Counted from the first letter of the stretch, positions 45,701-55,899 are shown. The stretch: 64,000 nt of DNA from Podarcis filfolensis (GCA_964270895.1 OZ185442.1); one strand, 5' to 3'. The notes: generated by a model not told the origin, from the letters alone. A program made the numbers and translations.

Positions 45701-48700
45701 GATGACTGGATATATGTATATTACCATCCATAATATTGTGCTATGTTAAATCATTAATATTAGCAGAGGATGGAGAAATGATACTGTACATCTTATTGCT
45801 GCAGTTAGAACGACTGTTAGTCAAAACTGGAAAAAAATAAAGGTTCCATCAATTATAGATTGACTATTATAAATTTGGGTTATAATGTATATGCATGATG
45901 GGAGTAATTTTAAAATGCTGTAATGATTTATATATTTGTTTTATGCATTTATTTACTCGTTAATTTTGGATTGCTTAAATTTAAAAATTTCAGGGTTGTA
46001 GCCAACCAGCTTTCACTCAAGAGTAGACCCAGAGGTCTATCTATTTCAGTGAGTCTAAGTGGCACTAACAGTGGATACAATAACCCTTTGTGTCTGGTCT
46101 TCAGCTTTCCCAGATGTATTACTGAAAAGGAGTATGTAAATGAACTTCATAAATAAATAATGATGTAGCTAACCATGGAGCTGGTTCTGCCTTCACACTA
46201 TAGTGCTGCTAGCACAGAACCTGAATTCTGATGACCAAGACGTGGTCCTGAAGGCCCTGAAGCGCGTTCCTGAGAGCCGGCTTCGTAAGGATGGGCTGAA
46301 AGCCTTAAGCCTGCTTCTTGTCGAAGGAAACAGCAAGGTTGTCGGGGCCGTGTCAGCACAGTTGCGCAACCTGTCAGAGAACCCTGGCTTCCGGGAACGG
46401 GTAAATATCTACTGTGCTGGTCCTATTGTTAGGAGGGGATTTATTGATCAGGAGATAGCCTGGTTTCAAGTGCAGCTACACTAAACGTAAAGGGTAAAGG
46501 GACCCCTGACCATTAGGTCCAGTCGTGACCGACTCTGGGGCTGCGGCGCTCATCTCGCTTTATTGGCCAAGGGAGTCGGCGTACAGCTTCCGGGTCATGT
46601 GGCCAGCATGACTAAGTCGCTTCTGGCGAGCCAGAGCAGTACACGGAAACGCCGTTTACCTTCCCGCTGGAGCGGTACCTATTTATCTACTTGCACTTTG
46701 ACGTGCTTTTGAACTGCTAGGTTGGCAGGAGCAGGAACTGAGCAACGGGAACTCACCCCGTCGCGGGGATTCGACCCGCCGACCTTCTGATTGGCAAGTC
46801 CTAGGCTCTGTGGTTTAACCCACAGCGCCACCCGCGTACACTACAGATTGCTAAAGCATGTTGGAAGCAATTAAACTTTCTTGATTCCTCCTGAATAATT
46901 CTGGGAGTTGCAGTTTCATGAAGTAGCTGAGAGTGCCTTATTAGTCATTGGTTGCTGATTTCTTAGTTGGGTGTTTTGTTTGTTGCCACCCATCTGTCTC
47001 AAGAAACAAAAGATGTGTGGTGTACAGAAAGGGGGCACAAGCAGGCTGACTGATGTGTCTTTCCCAGGCCCTGGTCTGTTACCTTGAGCAGCTGGAGGAT
47101 GAAGAGGTGCAAACACGGATTGCAGCCTGCGCAGCTCTGGGCTGCCTTAAGGTGAGGGCTAGATGGAAGCTTTTCTCAAAGGTCTGCTTTTAATATATTT
47201 ACTAACTGACATTCAGGAGTTTTCTGGATGTATCTCACCCTCTGTACCTGATCATTTAAAACAAGACTTTGTTGTATGGAAGGGAGGGAAGCCTTCTTGG
47301 CGATTGCACACCACAAGGTTTGGTTGAGCAACTGTCGGGGCTGCAGTGGGCTTCAATATCCAGTATTTGTGTATTGGTCCTCCACCTTATTTGTAGCTTT
47401 GGGTTTTGGGGTTCCATTTAGAGAAGGAGCTAAAACTTGATAACATCAGCTTCTTTTACATTTCCCTCCAATAGGCCAAGGAGAGTATTGAGCAGCTGGT
47501 GTACTTGTGCCAAACGGACAAAGAGGCCGTACGAGAGGCAGCCAAACAGAGCCTAATGCTGTGTGGTGAGTGCCTTCCCTTCCCTTGTTTTCAGACATAG
47601 TTCTCTCCCGTCTCACCTGGGCAGGTGGCTCCCTTTATGACAGTGGTTGACAACCATCAAGGGGGACATTCTCTCAGGGGAATCCATTGGGGCTAAAGTC
47701 AGCAGTGTGCACGGCCAGAGCCTGAGGTGGGTGGGGCTACCTTTTTCATTCTTTCTCCCTCCCCCCCTCTTGCTACTCAGCAGGCCATTCAGAAAGAGAC
47801 AGATCACTTCTTCCAAAAATTTAAACCAGTAGGTTGCAGAGGGCTTTGGAAACCAGGCTAAAGGCTATAGGCAGCCCACCCTGCCGGTTATCCACTCCTG
47901 CCTTGTGGCTTGTTGAGGGGTGGGGTCTGGTTCCATGTGGTGCTCACTCTATACTAGATGGCTAGGCAGAACTCCTAGCCTGTTTGGCCATAGATTTATG
48001 CTCTTAAATACCCCATACCTATTCCTTGCTAGTGTTCACAGCATAGGACAGAGGACCCTCTTGGCCCTACATTGCTGCTCACTTAGTGAGAGTTGACATG
48101 GAACATTGAGAGTGGAAAGCACTAAGCAGTTGTTGTTTATCATTTTGTTAGATGGCACTGAGAGAACCATCTGATTGGCTAACTAGACTTCCGGGTCGTG
48201 ACAGCAGCTGCACAGGTCGGGATGTGTTGGCCAGTCCATTCTTCCCCCTTCCCCCTGTGCTGCATGCTTTATTGGTGTCTCTTGTCCTGGACCCTGTTGG
48301 TCTTTATCTTGTCAGGTCTTTTGTCTCAGCTCACTCCTCCTAGTGCGCTTGTCTTCTGGCTGTGTCTTTGTCACTGTTGCAAAGGGAATGGCACACCTGT
48401 TGAGGGGCTATGATCCAGATTACATAGGAATTTGCCTTCTGCCAGGTCAGACTGCTTGTCCATCTTGCCCCAGTATTGGCTATTCTGAAGCCGCAGTGGC
48501 TCTCCCGTATCTGGCTGTGGTTTTCCCATCACCTACTTGTTGATCTTTCCACTAGAAATGCCAAGCACTGACCCCTGGGATCTTCTGCATGCAAAGCAAG
48601 TTCCACTTTCCTACCCAGACAGGCCTTTTAGATCAGGGGCTTGGCACTAACAAGAAGCGTGTAGTTCATCTCTTCCAAATGAAACCTGCCTTCCCAGCTA

Positions 48701-50282
48701 AAGGTGTCTTGTTTTTAAGAAGCTCGAAACACCTGGAAGATGAAGGGCTTCTCAAAGGTGCACTATTTAGGCTCCTCCTGCATTCCATTAGTGATGGGCG
48801 ACTAACTTCTGAGAGCTGAAAGGGGTATAACTATAAGGTTAGGGTGATGGCCTGTTGATGTCTATGTTGTCAGGAATGACAACATTCTTGTCGTAGGGCA
48901 TATTTCTTTGAATTTCACCCTGGGGTTTTCTGCTACCAATGGTGGGTAAAAAGGCCTCTTGCCCCCATCCCTGCATTAGCCAGTTACAAGGCCAAGCACA
49001 CCCATCACTGAGCAGGACATCCTTCACAGCAGCTCTCTTGAGAGCTTGTGCCTACACCCTTGGCTTCCCCTACTGTTCATATGCTGCAACTGCAGGCCCC
49101 AGATTGGGAAGATAAGTTTCAGGGGGAAGCTTGAACACACACCAACCGTTATCACTAGAAACTAGGAGCCCAGGAATCAGCACTGGCACAGAGCTGGTTG
49201 TATTTGTTATGGAGTGGGGTGAGATCCACAGGATCTGGCATGGCACCCTGTAAATTTTCTAAAATGGAATGAAATCTGGACAATAGTTTTTAATAATTTA
49301 AAAGGTTTTTTTGTGGGGATTTCACCGCCCATTTCACAGACCCACTAGCAGACCATCAAAGTGCAGCAGGAGGGGATTATCAGCAGTTGCAATGCCACAA
49401 AAACTGTGTCGATCCAGGTGCCTGAATGGGGGGACCTGTTGCAATCAGGTCCTGCTTGTGGAGCTTCTCGTGGGCATCTGGTTGGCCACTGTAAAAACAA
49501 GATACTGAGCTAGATGAGTCATTGACCTGATCTAGCAGGCTCTTCTTATGTTCCCTTTCAAGTTCTGCTTAAAGCAGCATGCCTGTTGCGGAGGGTATTT
49601 ATTTACAAGTTCTAAAGTACTGCAAACAAGCAAAGATCAGCACAGGTACAAAATGAAGGGCAAATTCAAATAGAATAGTGCAGTCATGCGCCAATTTGAA
49701 CATGCAGAGGAAGGAGGACAACAATTGTTAAATGACTCTGACTCAGGACAGAAAAGGGCACCTGGAAACCAACGGTGTTCAAAAAGTACTAAATGAGCTC
49801 TTCAGATGTATCAACTGACCATTCCTACAAGGGTAAATTCTTGTCAGTAATCATATAGCCTCATCAGTCTTCATTGTTTGGTTGGGGAATTGGGTTCACA
49901 TTCAAGAAAATATGAATGGACCATCATCAGCAAACAATATTGACCATACATTAATTTTGGAAGTGTAGTCTTATAAGTGTAGCCACACAGCTGGTTGGAT
50001 CACCCTTAGGCAGCCAAGCAATGAAGTTTTATGAAATTGGGTGGGGGAGGGAATCACCCATTTTCAGGCCAGTGTGTTGCCAAGGAAGATTACAGGGAAA
50101 TTTTATGGTCTGACTTTGTAGACATGTGCAAGGCTGGGGCAAACCATATCCTAAATAACAGCTGATTGCTTTATCTGCTTGCAGGAGAAGATGGGAAATC
50201 TGCTCATCGACGTCTTGAAGAGTCTCTTGACAGTTTGCCCCGAATCTTTGCCCCAGGGAGCATGGCCAGCACTGCGTTCTGA
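24959..50282 (+). CDS. RIPOR1: RHO family interacting cell polarization regulator 1 (FAM65A), spliced CDS of 21 coding exons, 1000 aa
   Basis: Manual exon assembly gives [27 protein letters not shown]...[32 protein letters not shown], which matches the RIPOR1 sequence I recall along its whole length. All 20 introns are GT-AG with compatible phases. Exon lengths sum to 3003 nt. Confidence 0.97.
25570..25870 (-). mobile_element. L2 LINE 3' remnant
   Basis: ORF 25679..25864(-) ends ...[15 protein letters not shown]...[10 protein letters not shown], matching the L2 ORF2 C-terminal motif (RAFSVAAPxLWNxLP...LKTxLF). Confidence 0.75.
27478..27680 (+). mobile_element. tRNA-Ala-headed SINE
   Basis: gcatgctttgcatgcagaacatcccaggttcaatccctgccatcccca head; gcttcctatgttcc tail. 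Further decayed copies are on the minus strand near 2040-2200, 40785-40900, 48425-48610 and 59770-59940. Confidence 0.75.
29295..29447 (+). CDS. RIPOR1: RIPOR1 coding exon 2 (NFPAFS...[19 protein letters not shown])
   Basis: tttttag acceptor, gtgagt donor, phase 2/2, 153 nt. Confidence 0.95.
30148..30226 (+). CDS. RIPOR1: RIPOR1 coding exon 3 ([26 protein letters not shown])
   Basis: ctaacag acceptor, gtgagt donor, 79 nt. Confidence 0.95.
30544..30777 (+). mobile_element. CR1 LINE 3' remnant
   Basis: ggcatctcgccggccactgtgggaaac...ggcctttggtctaatccagcagggct is the CR1 3' UTR. Confidence 0.7.
30846..30869 (+). CDS. RIPOR1: RIPOR1 coding exon 4, 24-nt microexon (GFLYDLDK)
   Basis: Long pyrimidine tract ending ctctag, gtaagg donor, phase 0/0; the peptide bridges the flanking exons as in the known protein. 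Confidence 0.93.
32852..32905 (+). CDS. RIPOR1: RIPOR1 coding exon 5 ([18 protein letters not shown])
   Basis: tctcacag acceptor, gtacca donor, 54 nt. Confidence 0.95.
33501..33653 (+). CDS. RIPOR1: RIPOR1 coding exon 6 ([25 protein letters not shown]...KEYTE)
   Basis: cctaacag acceptor, gtgagt donor, 153 nt. Confidence 0.95.
33765..33828 (+). CDS. RIPOR1: RIPOR1 coding exon 7 ([21 protein letters not shown])
   Basis: cccttccag acceptor, gtacag donor, 64 nt. Confidence 0.95.
34111..34154 (+). CDS. RIPOR1: RIPOR1 coding exon 8 ([15 protein letters not shown])
   Basis: ctcttgcag acceptor, gtttgt donor, 44 nt. Confidence 0.95.
34365..34490 (+). CDS. RIPOR1: RIPOR1 coding exon 9 ([17 protein letters not shown]...FLSIK)
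   Basis: ggcag acceptor, gtatct donor, 126 nt. Confidence 0.95.
34586..34734 (+). CDS. RIPOR1: RIPOR1 coding exon 10 ([14 protein letters not shown]...[16 protein letters not shown])
   Basis: ctcctcccag acceptor, gtgagt donor, 149 nt. Confidence 0.95.
35123..35252 (+). CDS. RIPOR1: RIPOR1 coding exon 11 (PFDKEDQPS...[14 protein letters not shown])
   Basis: tttcaccag acceptor, gtgagt donor, 130 nt. Confidence 0.95.
35662..35875 (-). mobile_element. CORE-type SINE (MIR/Ther1-related, Squam3-like)
   Basis: The reverse complement contains the CORE signature gggtgaccttgggcagatcactgcctctcagcctaatctgcctcacaggg. Confidence 0.75.
36579..36711. mobile_element. Short hAT MITE (same family as 9756)
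   Basis: TSD ctgtaggc/ctctaggc (7/8); ends caggacttgaggaacc/ggtttcccctccctg. Confidence 0.75.
36733..36772. repeat. (GT)20 microsatellite
   Basis: Directly visible. Confidence 0.98.
36775..36959 (+). mobile_element. tRNA-Ala-headed SINE, near full length
   Basis: Head gggctgtagctcagtggt...ccaggttcaattcc (A and B boxes); tail gtgtagacaatactgagctagatggactattggtctgactcag. Confidence 0.8.
37980..38681 (+). CDS. RIPOR1: RIPOR1 coding exon 12, large central exon ([12 protein letters not shown]...[27 protein letters not shown])
   Basis: Core of ORF 37899..38855; ctttccag acceptor, gtgagt donor, 702 nt, phase 0/0. Confidence 0.96.
39818..39933 (+). CDS. RIPOR1: RIPOR1 coding exon 13 ([28 protein letters not shown]...DDD)
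   Basis: cccacag acceptor, gtgagt donor, 116 nt. Confidence 0.95.
40465..40512. mobile_element. Possible Penelope-like element terminal fragment
   Basis: aaggcaccttaaaatactaacaggtttattatggc resembles reptile Penelope terminal sequence as I recall it; short and unverified. Confidence 0.35.
42006..42186 (+). CDS. RIPOR1: RIPOR1 coding exon 14 (KASSAQ...[33 protein letters not shown])
   Basis: ttttcacag acceptor (phase 2, joins exon 13 in frame), gtgagt donor, 181 nt. Confidence 0.92.
43041..43176 (+). CDS. RIPOR1: RIPOR1 coding exon 15 ([19 protein letters not shown]...SSAEE)
   Basis: ttcctag acceptor, gtaagg donor, 136 nt. Confidence 0.95.
43890..44051 (+). CDS. RIPOR1: RIPOR1 coding exon 16 ([18 protein letters not shown]...QQGLADP)
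   Basis: ctctcag acceptor, gtgggt donor, 162 nt. Confidence 0.95.
44280..44545 (-). mobile_element. CR1 LINE ORF2 C-terminus and tail remnant
   Basis: ORF 44342..44545(-) [40 protein letters not shown] matches the CR1 ORF2 end (LRGDxIxxFKYLKG...LFS...RTRxNGxKL); tail ccttccaactgtatgatactatg. Confidence 0.85.
45181..45339 (+). CDS. RIPOR1: RIPOR1 coding exon 17 ([17 protein letters not shown]...YIMELAEE)
   Basis: cctgccacag acceptor, gtatgt donor, 159 nt. Confidence 0.95.
46204..46400 (+). CDS. RIPOR1: RIPOR1 coding exon 18 ([19 protein letters not shown]...NPGFRER), start of the HEAT/ARM-like C-terminal region
   Basis: cactatag acceptor, gtaaat donor, 197 nt. Confidence 0.95.
46484..46836 (-). 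mobile_element. Near full-length Sauria SINE (lacertid-type) in the intron after coding exon 18
   Basis: The minus strand has a tRNA-like head (A box tggcgctgtggg, B box gggtcgaatcc), the Sauria body and a tttaccct tail; 7-bp TSD TACACTA (46477-46483 and 46837-46843); many CpGs retained. Confidence 0.93.
47068..47151 (+). CDS. RIPOR1: RIPOR1 coding exon 19 ([28 protein letters not shown])
   Basis: tttcccag acceptor, gtgagg donor, 84 nt. Confidence 0.95.
47475..47565 (+). CDS. RIPOR1: RIPOR1 coding exon 20 ([30 protein letters not shown])
   Basis: ccaatag acceptor, gtgagt donor, 91 nt. Confidence 0.95.
49430..49553 (+). mobile_element. CR1 LINE 3' tail remnant
   Basis: ggcatctggttggccactgt...gacctgatctagcaggctcttcttatgttc. 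Confidence 0.75.
50185..50282 (+). CDS. RIPOR1: RIPOR1 terminal coding exon 21 ([32 protein letters not shown])
   Basis: cttgcag acceptor, TGA at 50280-50282. Confidence 0.96.
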
Positions 50283-51205
50283 AGGGTGCCACACAAACTG
50301 ACCAGCCAGATCCTTTTGGGACCCAGACTTTGCATGCCACAGAACTTCAACCAAGTCACACAGACTGGGGTCAGACTAGTGTGCCATAGACTGGGCAGCT
50401 CTTTGCCCCTAAGCGCATGCACACACTGCAGTATTAGCATCACCCACACGCTGTCTTATGTGGAGGATGCCTTTTCCTAGCCCCAGTGGCTGCTTCACTC
50501 ATGGAACTAACATGAGTACAAGACACTGAGAGATTCGCTTGTTTTTTTCCTACAGGAGCCCACAGGGCTGAGGGATTGAGTATGGCTCTCTGCCATTCGC
50601 CAGGATCAATATGCCACATTTTGGAGAAAAACAACAGCTGAGCATTATGGCCATGGCAGAAAGTCTCAGTTGCTAAAGCCATCTCCCATTTGAGACAAAC
50701 TTGGAAGAATTTTTGTGTGTTCTTGAAGTCCCACTTAGTGTTCAACTTGTTCTTAGCTTGCCCATGTCCTCCACCCTTTGGGGCTGTGAATACTGCAGGA
50801 AATTGGGACCAGGTATATTCTGCTACTGAGGAGCTGCAAACTCTTCTCTCGGTTCTGAGAGGTGGGGGGGGGGGGGAGAGAAAATGCACAATGATTACAG
50901 GAGGGAGTTTCCCACCTCCCAGTGGAGGAGGAAGAAAGGACAGATTGTTTTTAACAGTGGTGCTGTGGCAGATGGAAGCAACATGGATAGACAAACGCTG
51001 CCACTTCTTTGGCTATTTTATTATTTTTATTTACACATTTTTTGGGGGGGAGGTTGCAGACAAAAGCAAAAAGTCTTTTCTATAAAATCTCTATAATTTT
51101 ATCTGTATATCTACATAGATATATAAATATATATAATGTAATTATCAAGAGGTTTGGCTAATTTTGACTTTAAGCCTGAAATAAAAAGAAGTTTGAGCAA
51201 GTGAG
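50283..51205 (+). other. RIPOR1: RIPOR1 3'UTR (3' end approximate)
   Basis: Runs from the stop codon to an AATAAA; U-rich tract at about 51013-51042. The end is inferred from the poly(A) signal position. Confidence 0.7.
51180..51185 (+). terminator. Polyadenylation signal AATAAA of RIPOR1
   Basis: First AATAAA I found after the stop, with upstream TGTA elements (51104, 51137) and GT-rich sequence downstream (gtgagttgggtgt, ttttgtg). Confidence 0.7.
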
Positions 51206-51884
51206 TTGGGTGTACATCATTTTGTGACTGCTGCTGTGGAGTTTCCCTAACCAAACTGGGAAGGAGTGAGGTGTTGTGAAACCTCAATTGGTCAAAAACA
51301 CCTTAGGTAACTCAAGTCAACAAAGTACAGCATTGAAGTTTTTCAGTGGTTTTACAGGTGGTGAAATAAAAAGGAAGATGGACTGAGCTTCTTTCCAGAA
51401 GTGAAAGGGGAATGCTGAAGACCACAGGCAACAAGTCATCCTTGTCCTTCCTGCAGTACAGAAAATAGAAATGGAAACCATTATTCATCGATGTTCAATA
51501 TTCATACCCTGCCTTGTTAAATAAGGTTCTCTGAATATGATAGATAGATAGAAAGAAAGAAATCAATACAGCAAATTCACACTAGCATTAAAGTGAATAA
51601 GGAAGTCTCTTCTCCTATTGGAGCCCTCTGGATCTCTGAAAACTGTCATGTTCTGACAATGTATTTCTAAACTTTTAACAAACTGGACAGCAAAGGAACA
51701 TGAAAATATTTCTTCGGTACTATGTTTGTGTGTTTGGATATCAGTTAAAGAGAATAACTTGTACACCAGAAATAAAACTGACACAGTTGAAGCCTCACAT
51801 TTGACTTTCAACTTCTTGGGGAGGGGGATCAATACAGCAGCAAACGTAAGCTGCCAAACTAACAATCTTAAAGATATTAACAGT

Positions 51885-51967
51885 ACAAACCTACATCTTT
51901 TTAGTCAAAAGTAAGCCCCTCTGAGTTCAAGACAGCTTACACTCATTTAGGTAGGTATAGGATTGTA
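51885..51967. mobile_element. Short palindromic MITE-like element (related copy at about 59678-59757)
   Basis: Imperfect inverted ends aaacctacat.../...gtataggattg around a gagttcaa-type core. Confidence 0.45.
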
Positions 51968-54341
51968 GTGCAAAACACTAAAAAGTTGACAGGAAGATGA
52001 AATTCAAGAAGAGTAATCTGAAAAAGTTCCTGCCTATCTGAAAGCGAACAACAAAAGGGGCAGGTGAACCCCCTTGGCATGTTATTCCAGATCTGAAAAG
52101 GCCCTGTGGTGGTGAGGGTCCTTAGAGCAGGACCTCAGAAGACGAAGATGTTAAGACAGGTTTCATATGAAGAAAGGTGATTCTTGAGATAACCTAGGCT
52201 GAGAATTCTTTGGGGATGTCTCCTGAAAACATTAGCTCAATGTGTCTGCAATCTGAAAAGAAGCAAAGGTGCTGAACAAGATGCAACATAATTCACATTT
52301 TTTTACATTTAAATGCAGGTATGTGCCCCCCCCGAGTATGGATCAGAAATATAGGGGGAGGGCAAAGGGCTAAAGTCAGGGGACTTATGTCTGCCATTTA
52401 CTTTAAAAAAAAAAGTAACACAATTGTAAACTGCGTAGATAGAATCTCATCTAGTTTGCCCGTAAGAAAATAAGAACATTCCTCCAGTTGTCTGGGAGCA
52501 CTTGATGCAGTGTTTTTGAATCGATGCCTGAATGAGAGCTGCATATAGGCTGTTAGGTAAGAACAGAAAATACATTTTGAAAGTGGATAAATAGAGGTTA
52601 GGTAAATGCGCTTATAAAAATATGCATGTGCCCATGAATTTCCCTGTACCACTTGTGACTCCAAAAAGCTCCTACACCCAGAAACTAGCATAAACATGTC
52701 CGACTTACATTAACCTAGAGTCACTGGGCAAAATGAGCCCTTTATTGAGGAAAGCCTCAGGATATATGGATGTAAAGTAAATTAAAACAAAGGTTGTTCC
52801 TAAATTAATTCTTCCTTGGCTTGTGACATCAAAATGATGTGTCTTGAGATCCTCAGCTTGAATGGATCCCTTTAGCATAGAGATGGGGAACCCCTGTACT
52901 TCCAGAGGTTGCTAGACTATCATAGTTTTTGACCATTGGCCATACTGACTGGGACAGAGGGCATTTAGCCATCTAACAACACCTGGACGCCACAGTCTCC
53001 CTCTCCCTGATGAGGAATATTTCACTCCTGCGAAAGACCCAGCTATTTGCCCTGCCTAATTGTTTCGTTGGAGTTTCTTGTTGGCACGTCCCTGGGTTTC
53101 GTTTCCACATGGTTACTTCACTAAAATGTATTGAAAGTGCCCTAAGCTGCTTCCCTAGCCTGCCACTAAGATGAAATGTATAACTTTTGAATTAGGCCCA
53201 GTGTCTGGACTATACCACTTGAGGTGGAAGTTCCTGTGATTGTGTAGAGGTAACTGGCAGCTTATATGAGGGTTTGGTTTCAGGGGTCCTCGTGCAAATG
53301 TAAAATAGTGTAAAGCCAGGAACCTCTGGAACTGCTCTCCCCATGACCATCCCTGTCTACAGCAGCCTTTCCCTTGGCCTCTCTTACTGCCCTCTGGGAA
53401 GGATGTGCAAGGCCCAGGGCCCTCATGTAACATTGCCAGAGCCCAATAAGCAAAATGGAAGGCTTAAAAAGGTATTTTTGCAGTGGGTTTTCTCTGCTCT
53501 CCATTTATTTATCCACTGCCCACATACAAGTTGTGATGTAGGAGAAATCAGTGTAAGATACATACGTTCAGCTGTACTTGTACCTGCCTCTCCCATACAA
53601 AGAATAAAATACCTTTCGAGAGAGAGCACACATTCTGTTAACATTGCTACCCTGTTAACCACGGGATTGTTAAAGTACCCACAGGCACCTGCAAAGCCTG
53701 AGACAATTCATACAAGGCAAACGATTTCCAACATCTATCATTGCTGCTGTCTGGTTTTCTAGTGGGAAGAATTGAGTCATGCTTCCCATGAGGTCCACCA
53801 AGAGTAAAATGGCCATCCAGCAAATCCAGAAATAGATGTTTGGGGATTTCTTGGCCAGCAGGTTTATGGAGGATCACTGCCTATGCTCAGCATTAAATCT
53901 TTCCCTAGCTGTTTTTAGCTGGTGTAAGCAGATGGAAGTGGGGAGATTTTCCTGAAGCTGTCATTTGAGAGGAAACTGGAAAGGGCCAGCCCCAGGTAGG
54001 AGTGGTCCTATGTATTCTTCATTCTAGTGCCCGCCCTACCCCCCGTCAATATGCCCTAGCAGGCATACCTGTCAGTAATGGTTGGCAGCAGCAACAGTGA
54101 TGCTTTCAGCAATGCTGGATGGCAGGGACTAGCTACCATGTTAATTTCCTTCAATACCTTGTAACAGCACTTTGTCAGGGGTGTTGTGTTGGCCCACAAA
54201 AAATAAAGGGGAACTCAGGGCAGGTATCAATGATGTTGGGACCCTGATGGTTGTCCTGGAACTGGAGATAAAGGGTTGGACCCAGACATAGTCATCCTCT
54301 TTTTGCCAAGAGAGGAAGACAGGTGACAGATGCATAGTGAA

Positions 54342-54486
54342 AGCCATGAAGCTCACTGGTGACCTTGGGCCAGTCACTGCCTCTCAGCCTAACCTACCTC
54401 ACAGGGTTTTGGGGAGGATGAAATGGAGAAGAGTACCACCTTCAGATTCTTGGAAGATAAAGAGGGTATATAAATGTAATTAATTT
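54342..54486 (+). mobile_element. CORE-type SINE (Squam3-like), 3' part
   Basis: gccatgaagctcactggtgaccttgggccagtcactgcctctcagcctaacctacctcacaggg. Confidence 0.8.
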
Positions 54487-55320
54487 TTTAAAAAGTTGAT
54501 TTCTTCTAAGAGAGAACTGTTCTTTTGTAGAAAACGCTGTTTCCCTTCAAGATGGCATCTTCTGCTGCAAGGCCACAAAATTACCACAGCTCCAATTAAA
54601 GAACTAGGATTAATTAAAGAATAGGGATTAGAGATATATAGAGGATATTTTGTGGTGAGGGGAGGTATATAAATACTATTAAAGTAGAAGAAATGTATTT
54701 AAAAACAACCACCAAACATATAGTCGCTACATTCATGTTACATATGCAGCAAGGAATACCCTGAATAACTATAATCCACTGGCTCCATAAGGACAGGTAA
54801 GGGGGTTCTAGATAGAGCTACTTCCCATTTTAGAAACCAAGCACCATTTTAAAGTAAAATCTAAACTGCCTGAATGTGGAATGGGACACTAGCAAATCTC
54901 TTTAATACGTTTTCTGCTGAATTTCTGGTAATCACTTTCAACTACAAACTGCTCTCCTCTTAGATATTTCAAGAGCGGTGGGAATCCTTCACTAAGAACG
55001 GGGATGGGTTGCAGTTAGTTTACCTACATTCCATGTACGGTAACAAATACTGTATGGACTTTGAAAGGACATCAACCCACCTGTTGTGATCCTTTCCCTA
55101 GTTAGGGTCAATTTACCTGATTACTGTGTCTTTCAAGTAAGACAAATGAGATTTGAAAAGCAAACATCCTCATGACTTTTAAAGATTGTAAATCTTTAAA
55201 ATTTTAAAAGATTTAAAAGACTGTAGATCCCACCACCACCCCGCTCTTTTGGGTATCAGGGCTTTAATGGCTGTGCATCAAATTAAAAAGGACAGCAGTA
55301 TTTCTCACCACAGATATACA

Positions 55321-55349
55321 TTAAGTACTTAATCCGAGATACCACTGTA
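55321..55349. mobile_element. Terminal remnant of the Tigger-like MITE
   Basis: ttaagtacttaatccgagataccactg-ta matches one end of the 7161 family. Confidence 0.6.
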
Positions 55350-55662
55350 CACTGACAGGTGGCAGCTTTGCCTGTTGAATTTCTGCCTACTAAGGGATTG
55401 TTAAAGGTTTAATTCTAATATAAAAATAAGTGGCATCTCTATTTTGAGGCAAAGGTGTGCAATCACAAACTGCCTCTGACAAGCTGCAGTTAACTTACAT
55501 ATCCAAGCTCGCCTGTTTTGGTTTTGGACACGTTTGCACCAATTTGCTCCTGATTATACCAACACGACGCTCGTGACACCCCCGCCCGTTGACAGAGATT
55601 TTCCTTTCTCGGCAGGTGGCAACAGGGCCAACGTCACCTCAAGAGGGCGCCACACCGCGGAA

Positions 55663-55667
55663 CCAAT
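55663..55667 (+). promoter_or_regulatory. CCAAT box (NF-Y-like, gAACCAATcc)
   Basis: Motif match in promoter context. Confidence 0.45.
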
Positions 55668-55722
55668 CCCATTGCCCGCGCTTGCAACGTGCAAGTGCTC
55701 TGCACCCTCGGCCCAGGCCGCG

Positions 55723-55734
55723 TGTGACGTCACA
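55723..55734. promoter_or_regulatory. Full palindromic CRE (TGACGTCA at 55725-55732, inside the 12-bp palindrome TGTGACGTCACA)
   Basis: Exact CREB/ATF consensus in the CpG island upstream of the TSS region. Confidence 0.65.
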
Positions 55735-55883
55735 GCGCCACCCGCCCTCACGTCCGCCGCGGCCCTTCTAGGTCCTCTATTTGAAGTTGGCGCCCAGCGG
55801 CTCCTCCCATGGTGCTCCGCGCGGCCGCTTCTCCCGCTCCCTCCTCCCTTCGCTCGGCTTCGGCGGCCGCGGCTGCCGGGCTG

Positions 55884-55894
55884 GCGCAGGCGCA
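55884..55894 (+). promoter_or_regulatory. NRF1-like motif GCGCAGGCGCA
   Basis: One mismatch to GCGCATGCGCA, immediately upstream of the YY1/initiator site. Confidence 0.5.
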
Positions 55895-55899
55895 CTGTT

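Noticed and set aside
50429-50436. CAGTATTA, an 8-mer site for miR-200b/c/429, in the RIPOR1 3'UTR
   Set aside because: About one 8-mer for some conserved miRNA family is expected by chance in a 900-nt UTR; conservation data would be needed.
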